Below, one piece after another: positions 9,937 through 17,387 of a DNA stretch of 54,824 bases. Positions within the stretch are counted from its first letter, which is position 1. Every line of letters starts with the position of its first letter. Below the pieces are notes generated by a model. The model did no database searches. It was not told the DNA's origin and saw only the letters and a list, made by a program, of their open reading frames with translations. Source of the DNA: Myxococcales bacterium (GTDB lineage: Bacteria; Myxococcota_A; Polyangia; Polyangiales; Polyangiaceae); contig JAJYCT010000001.1 of the NCBI GenBank assembly GCA_021778125.1, forward strand, positions 1-54,824, read 5' to 3'. Position numbers and translations under genes: made by a program.

Positions 9937-10635
9937 GTGTCGGGGTATGATGTGGACGGCGTGCCGCGCGAGGTCATCCCGGGAGCTCAGTCGCCCATCG
10001 CGCTCCGGGGGCCGGAGTCGAGCGAGGAGCTCGATCCCGAGCTCCTGGCGCTCCCGGATCCTCCGCGCGGGGGGCGGACGCTCACGGTGGCCGTGCTCGC
10101 GGCGGCGGCCGCCCTCGCGCTCGCGCTGGCGTTCGCGCTGCGTCGAGACGTCGCGTTCGCCCTGCGCGGCGGGGCTTCCGACGACCTCGGCGACCTTCAT
10201 CTGACGCCGCTCGCGAACCTTGCGAGCGACGAGAATCGTCTCGTACGGGCCGAGGCCCTGCTCGGAGCCGCCGGGGGCATTCGCTACGAGCGACCGCTTG
10301 TCGACGACACCTTCCGCACGCTCCCCGTGGCGGGGCGCCCCGACGTCTGGGTCGATGTGCGCGTGCCTGCGGGGCAGGAGACGGGCCGCTGGGAGCCACC
10401 GCGTTCGTTCGTCGGCCGCCTGGTCCGCTTCGGCGCCGCGGGGCCGCGTCACAGGGGGCTCGCGGACGCGATCGCCCGCGTGTCCCGTACGGACGTGCCC
10501 GCCGGAGCCTTCCTTCTCGTCGACGGGGAGGCGCCGGAGGACGTGAGGTGGACGATCCTGCTCGCGGCCACGTTCGTCGCGTGCGCTGCGTGGAACCTGA
10601 TCTCGATCAGCCGCATCGTGCGCCGCGTGAAGTGA
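9937..10635 (+). CDS. hypothetical two-TM membrane protein
   Basis: 232 aa with high GC3. TM helices are TLTVAVLAAAAALALALAFAL and WTILLAATFVACAAWNLISI, flanking a ~130-aa soluble segment. No family recognised. Confidence 0.6.
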   Translation: MSGYDVDGVPREVIPGAQSPIALRGPESSEELDPELLALPDPPRGGRTLTVAVLAAAAALALALAFALRRDVAFALRGGASDDLGDLHLTPLANLASDENRLVRAEALLGAAGGIRYERPLVDDTFRTLPVAGRPDVWVDVRVPAGQETGRWEPPRSFVGRLVRFGAAGPRHRGLADAIARVSRTDVPAGAFLLVDGEAPEDVRWTILLAATFVACAAWNLISISRIVRRVK

Positions 10636-10696
10636 GCGCCCTACGCGAACGTCGGCATCCTACCCGCACGTCGGCGGAGCTGCTAAGCCCGGGCGC

Positions 10697-11767
10697 GTGA
10701 AGGTCGCCATCATCGGGGGCGGGATCATGGGGTGCGCCACCGCGCTGGCCCTGGTCGAGCGCGGCTGCGAGGTCGTCGTGCTCGAGCGCGCGGTCCCTGG
10801 CGCCGAGGCGTCGAGCGCGGCGGCGGGGATCCTCGGCGCGCAGCTCGAGCTTCACGGTCGGGGCGAGGACGTCGAGCTCTACCTCCGCGCGCGGACGGCG
10901 TGGGCGCCCTGGGCGCGGTCGCTCGGCGAGGCGACCGGCATCGACGTCGGGTACCGTGCGTGCGGCGCGCTGCGCCTCGCGTTCAACGCCGAGCAGCACG
11001 CGCAGCTCGACCGCGACGTCAGCTGGCAGCGCGAGCACGGCCTGCACGCCGAGAGCGTCGACGGTCACCGCGCGCGCCAGGTCGAGCCCGCGCTGTCCGG
11101 CGACGTCGTCGCCGCGGCGTACTTCCCGGACGACGCGCAGGTGGACCCGCCGTCGCTCCTGCGGGCGCTCATGGCGGCGCTCGCGCGCGACCCGCGCGCA
11201 GAGGTGCGCGGAGGCACCACGGTGGAGCGGCTGCTCCTCGACCGCGACCGCTGCGTGGGCGTGAAGCTCGACGAGGGCGAGGTCCGCGCCGACGCGACGG
11301 TCCTCGCGGCGGGTAGCTGGTCGTCTCTGGTGCCCGGCGTCCCGCCCTCGATGCCGGCCGTACGCCCCGTGCGCGGCCAGATCGTGCAGCTCGACGAGCG
11401 CCCGCCCAGCGTGCGCGCGATCGTGTTCGGCGCGGGAGGCTACCTGGTGCCGCGCGGGGACGGACGCGTGCTCTGCGGGTCGACGATGGAGCACGCCGGC
11501 TTTCGCAGGGAGGTCACCGCGTCCGGCGTCCACGCGATCCTGGGCAGCGCGCTCGCGTGCGTCCCCGGCCTCGGCGGCGCCCAGGTCGTCGCGACGTGGA
11601 GCAACTTCCGGCCTCACGCGCACGGCGACCGCCCCCTGGTGGGTGCCTCGGCGCTACCGGGGCTGTTTCTCGCGACGGGACATCACCGCAACGGCATCCT
11701 GCTCTCGAAGGTCACCTCCGACGAGGTCGCCGCGGCGATCACGGGGAGCCTCCCCGTCACGGGTTGA
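10697..11767 (+). CDS. thiO: FAD-dependent glycine oxidase (ThiO-like)
   Basis: N-terminal Rossmann motif VAIIGGGIMGCATALAL-ERG-EVVVLE, and a C-terminal GLFLATGHHRNGILL motif typical of ThiO/DAO-family oxidases. 356 aa. Confidence 0.75.
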   Translation: MKVAIIGGGIMGCATALALVERGCEVVVLERAVPGAEASSAAAGILGAQLELHGRGEDVELYLRARTAWAPWARSLGEATGIDVGYRACGALRLAFNAEQHAQLDRDVSWQREHGLHAESVDGHRARQVEPALSGDVVAAAYFPDDAQVDPPSLLRALMAALARDPRAEVRGGTTVERLLLDRDRCVGVKLDEGEVRADATVLAAGSWSSLVPGVPPSMPAVRPVRGQIVQLDERPPSVRAIVFGAGGYLVPRGDGRVLCGSTMEHAGFRREVTASGVHAILGSALACVPGLGGAQVVATWSNFRPHAHGDRPLVGASALPGLFLATGHHRNGILLSKVTSDEVAAAITGSLPVTG

Positions 11768-12983
11768 AGTCCTGCGCCGGGGGCGGTGACGCGGGCGCAG
11801 GCGGAGCCGGCGGCAGCGCAGGCGGAGCGGCGTGCGCAGGCGGAGCGGCGTGCGCGGGCGGAGCGGGCTTGGGAGACGCCGGCGGAGGCGAACTGGGCGG
11901 ATGCGCCGGCTTCGCCTCCTTCTTGTCGACCTTCTTCTCGTCCTTCTTGTCTTTGTCGTCCGGCTCCGCGGGGGCGAGCGTGTCGCCCTTGGTGACGTCG
12001 AACGCGGGCGGCGTGTTCGGATCGCATCCAGGGGCGAAGCCGGTGGCATCGAACTCGCTCTTGAGGCTCCCCTTCTGCTCGCCCTTGCCGTCCGCGTCCT
12101 TGGCGACGGCCTCGATGCGCACCTCGTGTCGCCCGGCGCGCGCGGGCGAGCAGTACGAGAGCAGGTAGTAGCTCTTCGTTCGCGCCTCGACCTTCGCGCC
12201 GACGTCGTCGAACGCCTTGACGATCGCGCTCTTGTCCTTCGCCAGCGCCGTGCCGCTCTTGCCGACCTCCTGGAGCTGGGTCGGCTGGATCTCTGCCCCG
12301 AGGCCGATGGCGAAGACGTCGAACGGCTTCTCGCGGATGTGTTGCTTCATCTCGGCCTCGGTCACGCGGTTGGCGCGATCCGAGCCGTCGGTGAAGACGA
12401 CGAGGGTGCCGAACTTGAGCGGCTGGCTCGCCTTGCCGAGCGCGCGGTCGAGCTCGTCGACGGCCTTCACCACGGCGCCGTACAGGTTGGTGCTCGGATC
12501 CTTGGGCTTGAAGCTCGAGAGCTGCGCGACGCCCGCCTTGGCGCTGCCCGCCTGATCGGTGAACGGCACGATGGGATAGAGGTCGGGGCTGCCGTCGAAG
12601 GCGTAGATGGCGACCTTCTGCTGCTTCTCGACGCGCTCGCTGAACGTGCCGACCGCCTGGACGAGGTCCGGCGTGGTGCCGCTCTCGCTCACGCTGCCGC
12701 TCATGTCGACGAGGAGCAGCGTGTAGTGCACCGCCGCGACCTCGGGGTTGAGGATCGTCTGCTTGCTCTCGTACTGCGAGACGAGCTGGCCGTCCTCGTA
12801 GATCCGGAACTGGTCCGACGTCAGCCCGCCGACCGGCTCGCCGGACTGCGTGCGGACCTTGAAGTAGACCGCCACATTGCTCGGCTTCTGCTGCGTCATC
12901 TTGATGGTGTTGAGCTGCAGACCGGCGCAGCCGGTGGCGGCCAGAAGCAGCGGCAGGATCAGCGACGAGCGCGGGAATTTCAC
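11757..12983 (-). CDS. VWA-domain lipoprotein with Lys/Pro-rich C-terminal tail
   Basis: Lipobox in VKFPRSSLILPLLLAATGC. Perfect MIDAS (LLLVDMSGSVS ... FDGSPD ... VVFTDGSD). C-terminal DDKDKKDEKKVDKKEAK, then PAPPAHAAPPAHAAPPALPPAPP. GTG 12983 is preferred over the tracked 13034, because 12984-13034 is a non-coding element shared with the 27009-27060 locus. The 3' end overlaps thiO convergently by 11 nt. Confidence 0.85.
   Translation of the reverse strand: MKFPRSSLILPLLLAATGCAGLQLNTIKMTQQKPSNVAVYFKVRTQSGEPVGGLTSDQFRIYEDGQLVSQYESKQTILNPEVAAVHYTLLLVDMSGSVSESGTTPDLVQAVGTFSERVEKQQKVAIYAFDGSPDLYPIVPFTDQAGSAKAGVAQLSSFKPKDPSTNLYGAVVKAVDELDRALGKASQPLKFGTLVVFTDGSDRANRVTEAEMKQHIREKPFDVFAIGLGAEIQPTQLQEVGKSGTALAKDKSAIVKAFDDVGAKVEARTKSYYLLSYCSPARAGRHEVRIEAVAKDADGKGEQKGSLKSEFDATGFAPGCDPNTPPAFDVTKGDTLAPAEPDDKDKKDEKKVDKKEAKPAHPPSSPPPASPKPAPPAHAAPPAHAAPPALPPAPPAPASPPPAQDFNP
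11819..11854 (-). repeat. perfect 18-nt tandem duplication (CAGGCGGAGCGGCGTGCG x2, plus a partial third unit) encoding AHAAPP repeats
   Basis: Read directly: units at 11819-11836 and 11837-11854 are identical, and a degenerate third unit follows. Confidence 0.8.
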
Positions 12984-13034
12984 GGGCCGCAGTCTAGCCC
13001 CGAGGGCGAGGGGAGCCTGTGCTATTTCGAGCAC
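12984..13034 (-). promoter_or_regulatory. conserved upstream element, copy A (GTGCTCGAAATAGCAC - 17 nt - GGGGCTAG - 10 nt - GTG start)
   Basis: Minus-strand reading. Shares 14/16 and 8/8 identical blocks, with nearly identical spacing, with copy B at 27009-27060. Confidence 0.45.
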
Positions 13035-13064
13035 GGGCGCCGTGCGCGCCCGCCGCCGGGGACT

Positions 13065-13622
13065 TCACCGCTCCACGGCAAACGAGCGGACGATCGACTC
13101 GCACGTCGAGCGGTAGCGCTCGAACGCGCTCGACGACACCGCGCACGTCACGACGTACCCGGTCCCGTGCGACGCGAGGGCCGTCTGGATCGTGCGGTAC
13201 GCGAGCGGCGCAGGGGACGCCGCCGTCCATCGGGACTCGAGCATCAGCGTCGGATCCCCGTCGACGACGTCGTCGCGCACGGCGTCGACCGTGGCCAGGT
13301 TCTGCTCGCGCAGGCCCGCCTCGTTGGCGCGTGCGAAGTCGTACGAGTCGCCGCTGAAGGGCTCGGTCACCACGTTGGCGTTCGCGTGGTAGTCGTCGAC
13401 CGATTGAGGGTCCGAGACGGACCAGGCCGCCGGCCCTTTCTGGGCCGCGACCCTCCACGTCGACGGGACCGCGATGCGCCAGCCGGCCCCCGTCTGCTCC
13501 ACGAAGCCCGCCGGGAGGGGCGGAGGCGTGAACGCCGAGACCCTCGCGTGCTTCGAGCGCCCGCAGCCCGGAGCGAGCGCCACCGCGAGCACGAGCAGCA
13601 CGACGGCGGCGGAGCGCGGCAT
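13065..13622 (-). CDS. lipoprotein, PsbP/DcrB/LpqN-like fold suspected
   Basis: Lipobox in MPRSAAVVLLVLAVALAPGC. The pattern GW.I.VP..W ... N.NVV.E.... Y ... LE..W ... GYVVTC......F......I..SF resembles PsbP-like (DUF1795/LpqN-type) lipoproteins. The fold assignment is by pattern only. Confidence 0.65.
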   Translation of the reverse strand: MPRSAAVVLLVLAVALAPGCGRSKHARVSAFTPPPLPAGFVEQTGAGWRIAVPSTWRVAAQKGPAAWSVSDPQSVDDYHANANVVTEPFSGDSYDFARANEAGLREQNLATVDAVRDDVVDGDPTLMLESRWTAASPAPLAYRTIQTALASHGTGYVVTCAVSSSAFERYRSTCESIVRSFAVER

Positions 13623-13642
13623 GGACCCATCCTAACCCAGGT

Positions 13643-14872
13643 CTAGTGACCACCCCTTCGCGTGGTCGACGGAGACGGCTGCAGCGGCTCGATCGGTTCG
13701 AACGGCGCGTTCGGCGGAGGGAGCACGACGCTGCCCGGCGCGATGGACGTCGGCCCGTCGGCCGCGGCGTCGCTCGCCGGCATCGGGAGGTCGCCCGTGG
13801 GCGTCGTCCGCCCGCCCAGATCGAGAAGGTGCATCGCAAGTACAATCCCGAGCAGGATCACCGCCACGATCGCCAGAGCGAGGGTGATGACCATGCCGGG
13901 GCTCACTCCGCGTCGCGTCCGGAGCTCGCGCGCCAACGGAGGCGGCGGCGCGGGAGCCGGCGGCAGGACGACCGGCGCCGCGACGAGCGGTTCGGTCATG
14001 CGCTCCGCGCGTCCCTGCGCCATCGCGGGCGGGGCGTTCGGGATCTCGTCCGGGTCCGCCATCACGCTCGTCTGCGCGACGGTCGGCGCGACGGGAGCCG
14101 CGACGGCCGCTGCGGCCTCGCGCGTGCGCAGGATGATCACGGTGATGTTGTCGTGGCCTCCGCGGGCGTTCGCGAGATCGACGAGCTTGCCGGCCGCCTG
14201 CGCCGCCGGCTCGCTGCCCACGATGCCCAGGATCTCGTGGTCCTCCACGAGGTCACTCAGACCGTCCGAGCAGAGCACGAACGCGTCGCCCGGTACGTGC
14301 AAGACGGGCTCGGGCCGCAGCTCCGACTCGACCTGGGGCGCCATGCCGAGCGCGCGCGTGATCCGGTTGGCGTCGGGGTGGTGGGCGGCCTGCTGGGGCG
14401 TGAGCAGGCCGCGATCGACCATCTCCTGGACCATCGAGTGATCGCGCGTGATCCGGAAGATCTGCCCGGCGTGCACGAGGTATGCGCGGCTGTCGCCCAC
14501 GTGCACGACCTCGGTCCCCTGCGCGTGCACGACGATCGCGACGGCCGTGGAGCCCGGCCGTCCCATGGCGACCTCGCTCGTCGCCATGACGTGAACGCGG
14601 CGGCTCGCCTCCTCGACGGCGCTCTTCAGCAGGGCGCCCGCGGGCGTCCCCTCCGGTGCCTGCGCGAACACCTCGAAGATGGTCGCCAGGGCGAGCTGCG
14701 CGGCCTCGCGCCCCGACGCGTGGCCGCCCATCCCGTCGCACACGACGCAAAGGTGCCCGAAGCGCGTCTCGCGGTGACCGCAGGCGTCCTCGTTGACCTG
14801 CTTGTCCGGATCGCGCCCCGGATCGGAGCGCTCGGCGTACTCGACGACCGGGAGGTCGGGCGTCGTCTCCAT
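13643..14872 (-). CDS. PP2C-family Ser/Thr phosphatase with C-terminal TM anchor and short extracytoplasmic Pro-rich tail
   Basis: From ATG 14872: NEDA, VVCDGMGGHASGREAA, VGDSRAYL, LCSDGLSD and GGHDNITVII (PPM motifs). TM helix MVITLALAIVAVILLGIVLAMHLL. Starts 13 nt downstream of the preceding FHA gene. Confidence 0.9.
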   Translation of the reverse strand: METTPDLPVVEYAERSDPGRDPDKQVNEDACGHRETRFGHLCVVCDGMGGHASGREAAQLALATIFEVFAQAPEGTPAGALLKSAVEEASRRVHVMATSEVAMGRPGSTAVAIVVHAQGTEVVHVGDSRAYLVHAGQIFRITRDHSMVQEMVDRGLLTPQQAAHHPDANRITRALGMAPQVESELRPEPVLHVPGDAFVLCSDGLSDLVEDHEILGIVGSEPAAQAAGKLVDLANARGGHDNITVIILRTREAAAAVAAPVAPTVAQTSVMADPDEIPNAPPAMAQGRAERMTEPLVAAPVVLPPAPAPPPPLARELRTRRGVSPGMVITLALAIVAVILLGIVLAMHLLDLGGRTTPTGDLPMPASDAAADGPTSIAPGSVVLPPPNAPFEPIEPLQPSPSTTRRGGH

Positions 14873-14885
14873 GGGCCTTCGACGC

Positions 14886-17339
14886 TCACGCCTCGAGCTG
14901 TACGGCGAACTCGATGGGTCCGAAGCGCAGCGGCGCACCGGAGGGGACGCTCGTCCACACGCCCGGCGGGATCCGCGCGCCCCCCACCCACGTGCCGTTG
15001 TTCGATGTCTCGTCGCGCACCAGGAGCTGACCTGCGTCGAAGCGCAGCGTGGCGTGCACGCCGCTCACGCGCGGCTCGCTCAGCAAGATGGGGCACTGGG
15101 CCGGATCGCGCCCGACGCGCATCTCGGCCCCGGCGTGCACGGTGAACTGACCCAGCGCGCCGCGGATGGTGGCCGCGCCCGGCAGCGCCGCCGGGGGAGG
15201 CCCGTAGGGGCTCGGTGGGGGCATGAGCGGCGGGGCGTTCATGGCGCCGGTGAGAGGAAACCCGGGGGCAGCGACGCCCCCACCTCCCTTCACCACGTCG
15301 GCAGGCAAGGGCTGGCCACACGAGAAGCACACCGAGGGCTGACCGGGGGTCGCCATCGTGCTCATCCCGCAGGCCGGACAGGTGACCTGGACCGGAGGAA
15401 GCGGCACCGCGGGACCCGTTTCCCGCGGTGGCGATAATGGAGTGGGAGGCGGCGCGAACATCGCCGGCGGCGGCGCGAAGGCCACCCCCGACATGCCGCC
15501 GGGTGCGGCGGCCGTCGCCGCGAGCGGGTCCGCAAGGCCCTGCCGCATGCCATAGCCGCCCGGCGGGGGAGCGCCGTAGCCGCCACCCGGAGGCGCGCCG
15601 TACCCGCCCGGAGGCGCGGGCTGCGCCGGCGGAGGCGCGCCGCCTCCACGCTTCTTTCCGCCGCCGCCCTTGAGCAGCACCATGACGAGCAGCACGATCA
15701 CCACCAGCAGCCCCGCGATGCCCGCAATGAGCGGCCACGACACGGGCTTCTTGGTGGCCTTGAGCGTGAGGACGGTCTTCGCGTCGAGCGACGATGCGCG
15801 GTGCGCGTTGTTGTCGTAGACGACCAGCCGCGCGACCATGTTGTCGCCCGTGCCGTCGAGGACCTTCGCGTCGTCCGGAACCGTGAACGTCACGTAGCCC
15901 TGCGCGGCCTGCACGGCCTGGCCGACCATGTTCTCCTGCTGGAGCGTCTGCATGGCCTGCTGCGCGACCTTCGGATCGCGGCTGTTGGCGTTGGCCGGCG
16001 GCGTGGTCCCCGCGGGGATGAAGTACGACTCGGCCCGGGACTTGTCGCCGTCCCAGCAGAAGTTGCCGTACACGGTGACCTGGCCGCCGGGGTAGACGGG
16101 GGTGGTGTTGGACGCCTCGAGGGTCTTCTTCACGTCGACGTCGAGCGGCCACTGCGTCGGATCGATCCCCAGCGGCACGTCCTTGAACGTCCCGTCGGGC
16201 GCGATCATCGGCTTGGTGTTCTCGAACACCAGGTTGAACGTCTGCTCGACGCTCGGGTTGATGCACGACAGCTGCCAGTGCACCAGCCACATCGCGTTGA
16301 AACGGGCGCGCACGAGGTTGACGATCGTCTTGCCCTTGGCGCCGCCCTCGCCCTCCTTGACGACGTCGAAGAAGCCGCCGATCTCGGGGTTCGCGAGCGA
16401 CTGCATGAACTGCGCTTCGTTGTTCTGGTAGATGCTCTCCGAGAAGCTCGACGGGTTGGGGAACCAGATCGAGACCACCGGCAGCGGCGTCTTCGGCAGC
16501 GCCGTGTTGTCCGTGGGGAAGCGGCCGCCGTTCAGGTACTGGTGGAAGACGTCGGCGCTTGGCGACGCGCTCTCGGGATCGCCGCGGCCCGCTCCGTTCG
16601 AGAGCAACACCATCGACTGGTGCAGCGGCACTTGATCGGGGGCGTCCGAGTTGCCGAGGCTCCCGAACGCGTCCTGCGTCATGCGCTTGATCTGCGAGAA
16701 CAGCGCGCGGTTGGCGCCGTGCGACGGCATCGGCGACTTGAACTCGTTGAGCAGCGACGCCAGGTTCGCGCGCTGCTTGTACGTCATCCACTTGCTGTCC
16801 TTAACGACCTGAACGTCGTCGAAGAACATCAGGTCCATCAGGTCGTTCGGCTGCATCGCTTCGATGAGCTCGTGCGCGATGGCGCGCGCGTCGCCGAAGC
16901 GAGGGCCCATGCCCGACGACGCGTCGATGGACACGAGCCACGCGGTGCCGACGTTCGGCTCGTTCTGCGCCTTGCCCCACGTCTGCTTGTCGACGAACGT
17001 CGTCAGCGTGTCCTGGCCCGCCACCTTCACGAGCAGGTGGGCGTTCGCCTCCGGGAACGGGAACGGATCCCAGAGCGCGCCCGGCTTCTCGAGCTGCTGG
17101 CTCCAGCACGAGAGCGTCGCGGCGCCCGTGGCGCCCGCGCACGGCTGCAGCACCTCGGACAGGCGCTTGAACTGCACGACCTCGAGGACGGTCGTGAGCG
17201 TGGGCTTGCCGTTGTTCATCCCCGCGCGGGGGTCGATCCGCAGGATGTGAGCCTCGGGGGCGGCCTGGGCGCCGCGCGCGAGGAGCAGGGACACACATGT
17301 CAGCAACAGCGAGAAGGCATGGGACAGTCGTCGGGTCAT
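14886..17339 (-). CDS. single-pass receptor-like protein: secreted VWA-like ectodomain - TM - Gly/Pro/Tyr-rich linker - zinc ribbon - FHA domain (817 aa)
   Basis: Signal peptide (SLLLTCVSLLLARGAQA). VWA-like region with imperfect MIDAS (WLVSIDASSGMG ... MVLLSNGAGRGD). TM helix WPLIAGIAGLLVVIVLLVMVLL followed by KGGGGKKRGG. PPGGYGAPPGGGYGAPPPGGYG linker. CPACG-N13-CFSCG zinc ribbon. C-terminal FHA (MRVGRD ... VSGVHATLRF ... VRDETSNNGTWV). Confidence 0.88.
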   Translation of the reverse strand: MTRRLSHAFSLLLTCVSLLLARGAQAAPEAHILRIDPRAGMNNGKPTLTTVLEVVQFKRLSEVLQPCAGATGAATLSCWSQQLEKPGALWDPFPFPEANAHLLVKVAGQDTLTTFVDKQTWGKAQNEPNVGTAWLVSIDASSGMGPRFGDARAIAHELIEAMQPNDLMDLMFFDDVQVVKDSKWMTYKQRANLASLLNEFKSPMPSHGANRALFSQIKRMTQDAFGSLGNSDAPDQVPLHQSMVLLSNGAGRGDPESASPSADVFHQYLNGGRFPTDNTALPKTPLPVVSIWFPNPSSFSESIYQNNEAQFMQSLANPEIGGFFDVVKEGEGGAKGKTIVNLVRARFNAMWLVHWQLSCINPSVEQTFNLVFENTKPMIAPDGTFKDVPLGIDPTQWPLDVDVKKTLEASNTTPVYPGGQVTVYGNFCWDGDKSRAESYFIPAGTTPPANANSRDPKVAQQAMQTLQQENMVGQAVQAAQGYVTFTVPDDAKVLDGTGDNMVARLVVYDNNAHRASSLDAKTVLTLKATKKPVSWPLIAGIAGLLVVIVLLVMVLLKGGGGKKRGGGAPPPAQPAPPGGYGAPPGGGYGAPPPGGYGMRQGLADPLAATAAAPGGMSGVAFAPPPAMFAPPPTPLSPPRETGPAVPLPPVQVTCPACGMSTMATPGQPSVCFSCGQPLPADVVKGGGGVAAPGFPLTGAMNAPPLMPPPSPYGPPPAALPGAATIRGALGQFTVHAGAEMRVGRDPAQCPILLSEPRVSGVHATLRFDAGQLLVRDETSNNGTWVGGARIPPGVWTSVPSGAPLRFGPIEFAVQLEA

Positions 17340-17387
17340 CTCGGCGTAGCCTCGGTCGTTGGCGCCACGTGGCGCGTGAGCATGGAA

